Of a stretch of 40,776 nucleotides of DNA, positions 18,680 to 26,760 are shown one piece after another. Each line of letters starts with the position of its first letter. Position 1 is the first letter of the stretch. The stretch comes from a virus (taxonomy: Duplodnaviria > Caudoviricetes): IMG/VR virus record IMGVR_UViG_3300037755_000375, positions 1-40,776 of that record; one strand, written 5' to 3'. The notes beneath the pieces were generated by a model. The model searched no databases and had not been told where the DNA came from. It saw nothing but the letters and a program-made list of their open reading frames with translations. The position numbers and the translations under genes were made by a program.

Positions 18680-21204
18680 TGGGCATCCACGCACCCGGGC
18701 ACGGGCCATTTGAGATCGTAGACGACGCGCGCGCGGACGTGGCGATCGACATCAAGCAGTTCGACAGGTACGCGCGGTTGAAGACATCCGGGGTCGAACA
18801 CACTCCCGTCGCCGAGGTCGATATGCGCGGGTCGGCGACGGCTCGCTGGTTCTGGCCGGAGGTCAAGAGCGATTGGGGGAGATGGGGCGAGGTGTTCCCG
18901 GCGTGGAGTACTTGGGCGGCGCCGTCGAAGCCGGTCACCCTGCAAGTCGGCCAGACGGCAGCGGAGTCGGCATACGCGCTGGCGCGCGACTCCGTCGAAG
19001 CGTGGAAGGACGCAGCGCTACTGCGCAAGGTCACGTCGATGAGCACGCCGGGTCCGATGCCTGGCGGGTGGCCCGCACTGATCGTGCGAGGGGCCGACAT
19101 CGACGATCAGATCCCGTTGGCGTTCCCCGCTGGCGGCCCGGTAGTCGCGCAACATCGCGGGTTGCGGCAGACGCAGTTCTCATCGTTCATCTTCGACATC
19201 AGCGGGCTGTCGCTGGCGTACGCAGCCCCGTGGCACTCGATGGTGCGCACGCAGCCAGTGACGGACATTCAGACAGGCGCCGCGTGGTGGCTCGGGGTCC
19301 ATCCGTCGGACGACTCTGGCTCCGGGTTGGTCGTCTCGCTCGGTCTGCGTGGAGAGAACGAGAGCGTCGTCGTAGGGTCGCCGCCGCCGATGGTTGTGGG
19401 GCACGCCGCATGGCAGCGCGGCGGGCCGTTCCATCCTGGCCCGGCCGCAGACAGGCACCGCACAGGAACAACGCCAGACGGTCTCCCCATCCAGCCGGTG
19501 CATCTGTCCCTCGCGTCGTACTGGTGCGGACTCGACGGCGCGTACGACGGACCACTGGATCACGAAGGCCCAAACTGGCGTGACGGCGCGGACTACGGCG
19601 TCCCGAAGCGCGTCCACTTTGCCTTCGATAGCGGCCGACAAGTCAACGGATGGTGGACGACGGACCTTTTCTATCCGCCGACGACTCCTGGCACGCCGAC
19701 GACTACTACGCCACCGACGCGCAAGACCCCGCCGCCGATTGACATTCCGCCGCCGGACGATCCCCACCGCAGCACGACTGGTCAGCCAGGAAAGCCGGGT
19801 GGTCCGGGTAAGCCCGGCGATCCCGGCGACGGGCGCGTTGGCGACCCGGAGCCGCAAAGGCAGAAGACAGGAGGACCCACGTTCGGCTTTGAATCGCCGA
19901 ATGGTGGACGTAAGGACTTCGATCAGGGAGGCGGCCGCAGCGACGGAAAGGGCAAGGACAAGAAGACCGAGTTCGATGATGCGCTAGACAAACTCGATCG
20001 AGACAACCGCAAGCAGGACAAGCCGAAGAAGCCCAAGCCAGACGATCAGGACAAGCCAGGCGACGACGCCGATCTGTCGCAGAAGGACCGCGACCGCGCG
20101 CAACAACTAGACAAGAAAATCGAGCAGCTTCGAGAAGACTATCAAAACGGTCGTGTATCGCTAGATGACTTCCTGAACCTGTTCCAGCTCTACAACCGGG
20201 AGCGGAAGCGCATCCGACGCAAGGGCAAGGGTGGTGGCGTGCTTACGCCCAACCAGCGGCTCGAAAAGCTGAAACTGGATCTCGCTACTGGCGTCATCAC
20301 GCCTCAGCAGTACCTCGACGAGATTCGGAAGATCAATAGCGAGAATCGCCCCGCCGCGCCTGGACCGGCGCCAGACAAAAAGCCTCGCCAGAAGGGCAAT
20401 CAGTTCCAGCCAGCCGTCTCGACGACAGCCGCATCGTTCCCCGGGTTGTTCCTTCAGGCGGTGTCTCCAGGGGTTCCCGACTCGGGGAGATTCGGAGAGC
20501 AGTACGGCGCGATCCAGCAGCAGCCTATTGGCGCGGGCGTCAGCGCGATCGGGGTCAACGCTGGCGGGCGGTGGACGTACACGACCGGAGCCGGGGCGGT
20601 CTTCGGGTCGCCCACTGTCGAGAGCACGATCTACATCCACCCGCCAGAGATCGACCCGCGGTGGTTGGACGCGGTTGAGTCCGGGGCGTACGGCGCGGCG
20701 AACCTTGCGCTTCACCCTAGCGGTTTCCTCGGTTTCGGGTTGCCGTCGGCAACCGGCGCGATCGTGGACGGCCATCAGTTCTCGCAGTCGGGGGCTGCCG
20801 GTGCGCGCCAACTTGAGCTCAACGCGTACGACGACGACGGAGCGGCCGCGGCGGGCAACGTCTTCCGTGTCAACACGGGGCTGACGGCGGCAGGCCGCTG
20901 GAACCTCGGCGATGAGACCAGCGTCGCGTCGGTGGCTGGCATCCTCGACCTCTCGGCGAAACCCGGAAACCTGTTCACGATCAGCAACACCGCGACGATC
21001 AACAGCATCATCGGGCTCGCGGTGGGCGACGTGATCCGGGTGCGCCCGGAGAGCGGCATCACGGCGACGTTCGCGCACAACGCGGGCGGGGCGCCGGTGC
21101 CGATCCTGAACAGCGACGGCACCAACACGGTGCTCAATCAGGTGTACCAGCAGTACGAGTACCGCATGACGGTGGATGGCGTACTGGGCGTGCCCTGCTG
21201 CTAG
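18679..21204 (+). CDS. Large tail-tip/fibre-like protein with charged low-complexity insert
   Basis: 841 aa; last gene of the tail operon; TAATG coupling. Confidence 0.55.
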   Translation: MGIHAPGHGPFEIVDDARADVAIDIKQFDRYARLKTSGVEHTPVAEVDMRGSATARWFWPEVKSDWGRWGEVFPAWSTWAAPSKPVTLQVGQTAAESAYALARDSVEAWKDAALLRKVTSMSTPGPMPGGWPALIVRGADIDDQIPLAFPAGGPVVAQHRGLRQTQFSSFIFDISGLSLAYAAPWHSMVRTQPVTDIQTGAAWWLGVHPSDDSGSGLVVSLGLRGENESVVVGSPPPMVVGHAAWQRGGPFHPGPAADRHRTGTTPDGLPIQPVHLSLASYWCGLDGAYDGPLDHEGPNWRDGADYGVPKRVHFAFDSGRQVNGWWTTDLFYPPTTPGTPTTTTPPTRKTPPPIDIPPPDDPHRSTTGQPGKPGGPGKPGDPGDGRVGDPEPQRQKTGGPTFGFESPNGGRKDFDQGGGRSDGKGKDKKTEFDDALDKLDRDNRKQDKPKKPKPDDQDKPGDDADLSQKDRDRAQQLDKKIEQLREDYQNGRVSLDDFLNLFQLYNRERKRIRRKGKGGGVLTPNQRLEKLKLDLATGVITPQQYLDEIRKINSENRPAAPGPAPDKKPRQKGNQFQPAVSTTAASFPGLFLQAVSPGVPDSGRFGEQYGAIQQQPIGAGVSAIGVNAGGRWTYTTGAGAVFGSPTVESTIYIHPPEIDPRWLDAVESGAYGAANLALHPSGFLGFGLPSATGAIVDGHQFSQSGAAGARQLELNAYDDDGAAAAGNVFRVNTGLTAAGRWNLGDETSVASVAGILDLSAKPGNLFTISNTATINSIIGLAVGDVIRVRPESGITATFAHNAGGAPVPILNSDGTNTVLNQVYQQYEYRMTVDGVLGVPCC

Positions 21205-21251
21205 GGCTTGACCCGCCCGGACTATTGGGGCTCACCGATCAGGATGCCCCG

Positions 21252-21479
21252 ATGACCGCACTCCTCTTCATCCTCCAGGCGCTCCCCGACGCAAGCACCG
21301 TCTCGACTGTGAGCGGGTGGCTCTCGGACGGGTACGCGCTCGCTGCGCTCATCGGCCTGCTGTTCGGCACCGTGATCGTATACCTCTCGCGCCGCCTCAT
21401 GGCGATCAGCGACGAGCGCGACGCCGAGCGGCGCAAGTACCTGGATGAACTCATGACCCGGAAGGACTCCGATGGCTAA
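21252..21479 (+). CDS. Putative holin-like membrane protein
   Basis: 75 aa; TM segment YALAALIGLLFGTVIVYL and charged C-terminus; lysis position. Confidence 0.5.
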   Translation: MTALLFILQALPDASTVSTVSGWLSDGYALAALIGLLFGTVIVYLSRRLMAISDERDAERRKYLDELMTRKDSDG

Positions 21480-22086
21480 GGCGACCTCGAATCGCTCCTG
21501 GTGGGACCGGCTGATGTGCGCCCTCGGCGTACGCCAGTCGCCCGTGAAGCGGGCGCTCGACGCGGAGATCGAGCGCGGCAAGACCAAGCGCCGCGACTCG
21601 GTGAACACCCAGCAGATGCAGCGCGTGGACCGCTGGCGCGCCTCGGGCGCGATGGCGCTGCTGGTGTGCGTCGCGCTCGGCGTCTCCGGCTGCGCGGCGG
21701 TGAAGGCGGCGCTGCCCGAGCTGCTGGCGACGTACGGGATCCCCGCGCTCGGCGACCTGATCGACGACGCGAAGGCGCGCGGCAAGGTCGCGATCGACGA
21801 GGCGAGGGCCAAGGCCGAGGCGATCCCGGACCAGCTGGACAGGATCGAGGCGCTGGCCGAGATCACGCGCGCCGAGCAGGCGTACCAGACTGGCATTCTG
21901 GAAGAGCTGGCGGCGGCGCTGCTGCAACCGCGCGAGTGGGACACCCCGCCGCCGGTCGAGCCCGCGCCGGAGCCGACTGACGAGGCGATCGCGTCGCAGC
22001 GCTCCGCGACTCACCGGCGACAGCGCTCCTATAAATCGTGGCTGGCCGCGCGTTCCAGGACGTTGTGCGCGCCGCGGGCGCTCTGA
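21472..22086 (+). CDS. Putative lipoprotein (spanin-like?); start may be ATG 21616
   Basis: Hydrophobic stretch ending in lipobox-like VSG-C, coiled coil, Pro-rich tail. Confidence 0.5.
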   Translation: MAKATSNRSWWDRLMCALGVRQSPVKRALDAEIERGKTKRRDSVNTQQMQRVDRWRASGAMALLVCVALGVSGCAAVKAALPELLATYGIPALGDLIDDAKARGKVAIDEARAKAEAIPDQLDRIEALAEITRAEQAYQTGILEELAAALLQPREWDTPPPVEPAPEPTDEAIASQRSATHRRQRSYKSWLAARSRTLCAPRAL

Positions 22087-22189
22087 ACTGTTTGGCTTTT
22101 CCGAACAGTTCGCCCGCGCCCAGCTTGCACCGCAGACCCTCGTTCGTGTAGGGTGAGTCGCCGAGGAGGCGGCTCGGGAGGTCCGCCGC

Positions 22190-22693
22190 GTGCCTGTCCG
22201 CCTGTTCGCCGACCCGCCCATCGAGTGCCCGTTCTGTGGGGACGGCGACGCCGTCACACGCGAGGTCCACGGGCGTCTCGTCACGTACCACATCAGCTAC
22301 GGTCAGGCGCTCGTGCAGTACACGTGCGGCGGGGCGCTGACGCTGGAGGCGACCTCCACGGGCTGGGCGGCGATCGAAGGCGAGTGCGGTGCGAGCGGGA
22401 AGAGCCTCGCCGACCTCGCTGGTGATCACGCGGAGCGCGTGACGCGTGCGGCGATCGAGTACCGGCGGCTGGCGCGGGCGTCACGCATCGGAGCGGTGCG
22501 ACGAGCCCGAATGATGCGCGCGGCGGCAAAATCTTCTTCTGTCGCCAACGCGCAACCGTGCGGGTTTGCGCGTTCCGGCCGTTCCGACACGACGGAGTCG
22601 GACGGCCCCCGTCAGCCGCGTCTCGACGCGATCGTGGCGCTTAAATACGGCGTGCCCCTGCGCGAGCTCCGGGCGCGGGTCTACGGCGCGTGA
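22190..22693 (+). CDS. Hypothetical protein with CxxC motif
   Basis: CPFC; GGAGG RBS; TTGCAC-N18-TAGGGT promoter-like sequence at 22125-22154. Confidence 0.55.
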   Translation: MPVRLFADPPIECPFCGDGDAVTREVHGRLVTYHISYGQALVQYTCGGALTLEATSTGWAAIEGECGASGKSLADLAGDHAERVTRAAIEYRRLARASRIGAVRRARMMRAAAKSSSVANAQPCGFARSGRSDTTESDGPRQPRLDAIVALKYGVPLRELRARVYGA

Positions 22694-22884
22694 GCGATGA
22701 CGCTCCGGAGGCGACACACGTCGCCGTCTGTGTGCGCTCGGACTGCGGTCAGCGCTTCTACCTCCACGACGCGGATCGCGGCGCGCTCGCGATGTGGCGC
22801 TATTGCCCGCGGTGCGGGTCACAGCTCAGGCTCCGCCGCCCGTCCAATCCAGCTCCATCGCCTGCTCCAGCGTCGTCGCGCTGA
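22690..22884 (+). CDS. Small zinc-ribbon protein
   Basis: CVRSDC...YCPRCG; GTGA coupling. Confidence 0.6.
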   Translation: MSDDAPEATHVAVCVRSDCGQRFYLHDADRGALAMWRYCPRCGSQLRLRRPSNPAPSPAPASSR

Positions 22885-23665
22885 CCGGTACACGCACCAG
22901 CCCAGCGTAGTGCCGCTCGGCGACCACGACGGAGTGCCCGAGGCGGCGCGCGCTGTACCACGGGCCACCGATCGGCGGGGCCATCGCGCAGAGATACGTG
23001 GCGCACGTCTGGCGCAGCCGCTGCCAGGTCCACGCTGGCGCACTGAGCCGATCCACCCGCCGCGCCGCCTTCACCAGCGAGTCGCGGGTGTGCCCGCACA
23101 CCGCCGCGTCGGGATCGGCGTCGCGACCGAGCTGGTCGAGCAGCACCGTGAGCGACGGGCAGACGTCCAGCATCACCAGCCGCGCGCGGCGCGACTTCGA
23201 CGCGCTGGGCGAGACGCGCAGGTGCCCCTCGCGCAGATCAACGTCGCGCCAGCGCAGGCCCAGCAGCTCGCCGCGGCGCATCCCGGTGAGGATCGCCAAG
23301 AGGATCGCCGGCCGGACCGGCGTGTGCTTCGGCGTCTGGCCGTGGTGGCGGCGGCGTGCCTTCGCGGTCTCACCGTGGCCCTTCTCGTCGCGCGTCATCC
23401 TCCACGTCTCGGCGTCGTGGGCGGTGGCGGCAGACAGGAGCGATTTGATCTCGTCTCGGGTGAGGGGTTCGGGTAGCGGCTGATCGATGCGCGGCGACGC
23501 GAGGAGGCGCCGGATGGTGTCGCGATCGACGAGCGGCAGCCACCCGCGATCGCGGCAGTGGTACAGACAGGTGCGGAGCCGCCGCAGATGCGTGGCGGCG
23601 CTGGCGGCTGAGACATCGCGGAGTACGGCGGCGGGTAGTGGTACATTTTGAGCCGGATTCCCCGG

Positions 23666-23956
23666 CTACTGGTCTTCGTCTCGCGTCCGCCTCACCAGTG
23701 CAGCGCGCACCGCGTCAGCCGCTGAGTTGACCGGCGGGATCCCCAGCACCGCCAGCGTCCTCGCCTTCCCGTCGTGCGTCGGTTCCGACCATGCGTAGGC
23801 CTTTGACGCCTTCGGGTGGCCCACGTCGAACACCGACACGTCGCCTTCCCACGCGATCTCGCCTTCCCAGCGTTCAACGACGCGGGCCGTCTCGCGAAAG
23901 ACGGCCCGGCATCCGTGCATGGCTTCTACGACGCGCGCGAGGTTGCTAGTTGGCAT
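23666..23956 (-). CDS. IS passenger gene, hypothetical protein (~96 aa)
   Basis: MPTSNLARVVEAMHGC...WEGDVSVFDVGHPKASKAYAWS...PPVNSAADAVRAAL; start overlaps the upstream passenger's stop. Confidence 0.8.
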   Translation of the reverse strand: MPTSNLARVVEAMHGCRAVFRETARVVERWEGEIAWEGDVSVFDVGHPKASKAYAWSEPTHDGKARTLAVLGIPPVNSAADAVRAALVRRTRDEDQ

Positions 23957-24830
23957 CGCCAGACTTGCCATCCTTCTTTTGCCGCTGAGCCTCCAACGGC
24001 TGCCGAGCGACCGCGCTGGAAATAGGTCCAACCAACGCAAGGAAGGTCTTCAACTCGGCATCGGTCAGGTCATCCGGCAGGTCCAACGGTGCGAACCGCC
24101 CGGTCCCGAGTGGAACCTGAATCGTGTGGTAGCCGGAAGCCGTTGTTGCGCTCATCTTGCGTTGGTCTTCCTTCGGCTTGCCGCCTGCCGGGGGTGGAAT
24201 CTCATCAACCACTCCACCATTGCCGGTTACGGCATCGCCACCCGGGCCGCCCTCTTCATCCTCATCCCCCGGATCGTTTTTGACGACCGGGACATCCGTC
24301 ACATTACTCGGCTTAGGGGGGTTAGCAAACTCAAACGTTGCGCTGAGATCGGCGATGAACGCGTTGACAGACTGCCTGTTGATCTTCCACTCCAGTTGCA
24401 GATCAGTCTCCAGCGCCTTGTTGGACGGCAGCACACCGTGATACCGCGCCCAGATATCAGCGTAGATCTTTGGGGAGATCGCCATCTTCGCCAAAATCTC
24501 TTGGCGATCCGCCGCTCCCAAGAGCACCCGCAGAGCCTCATCCGATAGCCGCTCGCGCCGCTCATCTCCGCGTCCATCAGTCTCTAGCAACCCGAACGTC
24601 CGCAGGGCCGCGACGGTTGAGTTCCACGAGCTGCCCTTGGGCGTCATCTCCAAGTGGCTCGCTAGTACCTCCGGGCGCACCCAATGGCGGCCATTGCCCT
24701 CCTTGTCGTAGATCGCCTGCGCGCGCGCAATGGCCTTCTCCAGCGTGATTTGAGGGTAGTTCGGGCTGCGGTGCCGCGGCTTCTTCTGGGACGCGACCTT
24801 GCCGGATTCCGGCGCCTCTGTCTTGCTCAT
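23946..24830 (-). CDS. IS passenger gene, winged-helix-like protein (294 aa)
   Basis: RSPNYPQITLEKAI...LASHLEMTPKGSSWNSTVAALRTFGLLE is wHTH-like; GGAG RBS. Confidence 0.8.
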   Translation of the reverse strand: MSKTEAPESGKVASQKKPRHRSPNYPQITLEKAIARAQAIYDKEGNGRHWVRPEVLASHLEMTPKGSSWNSTVAALRTFGLLETDGRGDERRERLSDEALRVLLGAADRQEILAKMAISPKIYADIWARYHGVLPSNKALETDLQLEWKINRQSVNAFIADLSATFEFANPPKPSNVTDVPVVKNDPGDEDEEGGPGGDAVTGNGGVVDEIPPPAGGKPKEDQRKMSATTASGYHTIQVPLGTGRFAPLDLPDDLTDAELKTFLALVGPISSAVARQPLEAQRQKKDGKSGDAN

Positions 24831-24859
24831 GTGCTACACTCCAGTTGTGAGATTGGTTG

Positions 24860-24931
24860 TGGTGGAGGCGAAGGGAATCGAACCCTCGGGGCAGGATGTA
24901 AACTCGCGCCCCCGAAGCCATTCGCGCCCCC
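24860..24931 (-). ncRNA. 72-nt tRNA-like RNA resembling the tmRNA tRNA-like domain (G3.U70, ACCA)
   Basis: GGGGGCG/CGCCTCC-ACCA acceptor; GAGGG-TTCGATT-CCCTT T-arm; no D stem (CGAATGGCTTCG); central GGGGC...GCCCC stem. Confidence 0.75.
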
Positions 24932-25108
24932 AGCAAACAACCTTTCTCCGAATGCGAGCCCCGGTTACCGCCGGGGCTCGTTGTCCATGCGCGAAATATG
25001 ACGGCGAGAATTCAACGGCGCAACAGCTAAATTCGAACGTTACCGGCTGGCTTATAGCCGCGCGTGCGGTATGCTTTTTACGGAAGCGACACCCGTTAGG
25101 AGATTGCC

Positions 25109-25273
25109 GTGGCGAACATCCTGAAGGCGGCGGTTTCGATGCACTTCGGCTACTACAACTTTTGCCGCATCCACCAGACGCTGAAGGCCACGCCCGCGAT
25201 GGCGGCTGGCGTCACGGATCGGATCTGGACCGTCGGCGATCTACTCGACGCCGCCCCGGCCAAAGCCGCGTGA
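25109..25273 (+). pseudogene. Internally deleted IS1-family transposase (54 aa)
   Basis: AGGAG RBS, then MANIL-KAAVSMHFGYYNFCRIHQTLKATPAMAAGVTDRIWTVGDLL, the characteristic C-terminus of this transposase group; ends next to IRR. Confidence 0.85.
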
Positions 25274-25724
25274 CGATTTCTCAAACTGTACCACTACCCG
25301 GCGGCGCGCAGCTCGGCGAGGTGTGCGCGCGTGAGGGCGTCGAGGCCCCTGGCTTTGGATCGCTCGGCCCACCGGGTGAGGTGCGCGAGCGATCCGCGAT
25401 AGGCGGCGACGGTGGTGGCGCGGTGGTCTGCCGCGAGCGTGCTGATCCACGCGTCGACGGCGGCGGCGATCGTCTCGGGTCGTCGTCGGTCGAGCGTCCC
25501 GCCGTAGATGGCCTGCTGCTGGTCCTGGATGCGCTCGGCGAGGATGATGGCGCGCTCGCGTCGCTCACGCTCGGTGCTGCAGAGTGGCGGCCCGGGCAGG
25601 ACCTCCTCGCGGCGCTTTGCGGACTCGGGGTCGCGCCAGCGGAGGTAGTAGCTGGCGAGCCCGCTGCGCGCGACGCGGCGGATGATTGTGACGCCTGGAT
25701 GGACTCTGTTTTGGCGGCGTCCCA

Positions 25725-25994
25725 CGACTCACCTGATGACTCACCCTATTGCGTCACCATGTGCGACCTTTGGCGACTTCTCACGACCGATCCGAGATAG
25801 CGACCCGCGTGGTTGTGCGGGTTCGGCCTGGGCGGCGGTTTCGGGGGCGGCCCGACTCACTTTCACACGGAAGGGGTCGCAGGTTCGAGTCCTGCTGCGC
25901 CCACCAGAAGAACGGCCCGCTGTCTCACTCCGAGGCGGCGGGCCGTTCGCGTTCTCGGTGCGACTCACCTCCTGACTCACCCTATCGCGTCGCC
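25725..25994. other. attP: attP: tRNA-Val(CAC) 3' half as core (25862-25906) flanked by arm-type repeats
   Basis: ttCACacggaaggggtcgcaggttcgagtcctgctgcgcccacca; 34-bp imperfect direct repeat with tandem GACTCACC at 25725-25758 and 25961-25994; adjacent to int start. Confidence 0.88.
25910..25948 (+). terminator. Hairpin downstream of the tRNA fragment in attP
   Basis: gaacggcccgc...gcgggccgttc perfect 11-bp stem. Confidence 0.65.
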
Positions 25995-26031
25995 GCAGCG
26001 ACCTCGGGGCGCCACGCGGTACACTCCACGC

Positions 26032-26181
26032 ATGGACTGGATGCGCGTCGCTCTCGCCGTCTGCTGGGTCGTCGCTGACGCCGCCGCGTGGGTGCTCGGC
26101 GTCGCGCTGCTCGTCTACGGCGTCGCCCGCGCGCGCCCCCCGCGGCCAACGCGCGACGCCTGGTCAGATCCCCGCGAGTAG
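26032..26181 (+). CDS. Small membrane protein (49 aa)
   Basis: MDWMRVALAVCWVVADAAAWVLGVALLVYGV hydrophobic stretch. Confidence 0.5.
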   Translation: MDWMRVALAVCWVVADAAAWVLGVALLVYGVARARPPRPTRDAWSDPRE

Positions 26182-26291
26182 GACTCGCACGCGGCGGCCG
26201 CACGAGTCGGCCCGCGAAAAATCCGCGCGGGCCCGCTCACGCTTGCCAGCGCACAGGGTGTTCCACTGGCAGGCGCAGTTTGGAAATCGGC

Positions 26292-26328
26292 GTTTTTATA
26301 TTGACAGGCGACATAGGCGATGTAGAGT
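26292..26328 (+). promoter_or_regulatory. Sigma70-type promoter of early operon
   Basis: T-rich UP-like tract, TTGACA 26301-26306, 16 bp, TAGAGT 26323-26328. Confidence 0.7.
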
Positions 26329-26405
26329 ACACACATGAGACCTGAGCCACGCCGCTCACCTCACGCCTCGCCGCTGGCACCACGCGGCACACATGGAGTA
26401 GACAG

Positions 26406-26753
26406 ATGACCGCATCCCCGACCAAGCTCCGCAACGGCACCTGGGGCGCCCGCGTACAGGGGTCGCCCGCTAAAGGCGATGTAGTGACGATCCGCACGGC
26501 TACAGGCAAGGAGTGGACGGCGGTCATCGAGACCGTCCTCTGGACCGACGGGACGGTCTCGATCTGCGCGACCCGCAGCACCGATCGCCAGCCTGCCGTG
26601 TCTCCTGGCGCGAGCCGCGTCGGATCCTATCGCTCGATCGGTGCCCGCACTCAGGCCCGCCAGCGGGCGACCGGCTGGACCGGCTGCTCCTGCGGCTCGA
26701 ACGAGGATCACCCGCGCGCGTCGGACTGCGCGTCGTGCCGCCACGACTACTAG
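26406..26753 (+). CDS. Hypothetical phage protein with C-terminal Cys/His cluster
   Basis: KLRNGTWGARV...GDVVTIRTATGKEW; CSC...CASC; GGAG RBS. Confidence 0.75.
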   Translation: MTASPTKLRNGTWGARVQGSPAKGDVVTIRTATGKEWTAVIETVLWTDGTVSICATRSTDRQPAVSPGASRVGSYRSIGARTQARQRATGWTGCSCGSNEDHPRASDCASCRHDY

Positions 26754-26760
26754 CACTCAG

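Larger units (their letters stand above)
23634..25298. mobile_element. Non-autonomous IS1-family (ISMhu11-like) element with passenger genes, 1,665 bp
   Basis: IRL ggtagtggtacattttgag 23634-23652; IRR ctcaaactgtaccactacc 25280-25298 (18/19 match); TSD CGGCGGCG at 23626-23633 and 25299-25306; lower GC than flanks. Confidence 0.93.
22826..25725 (-). pseudogene. int: Tyrosine integrase interrupted by IS element (pieces 25725-25299 and 23625-22826; 408 aa when rejoined)
   Basis: N-part YYLRWRDP arm-binding and core-binding helices; C-part TGMRRGEL, K, QRLR, LGHS, RHY; removing 23634-25298 plus one CGGCGGCG restores one frame (LAELRAA-VLRDVSAAS). Confidence 0.93.

Noticed and set aside
24799-25800. 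333-aa plus-strand ORF
   Set aside because: Runs across the IS boundary, antisense to int and the tRNA-like RNA; a GC-rich shadow ORF
25862-25906. Functional tRNA-Val gene
   Set aside because: 5' half absent; it is the attP core
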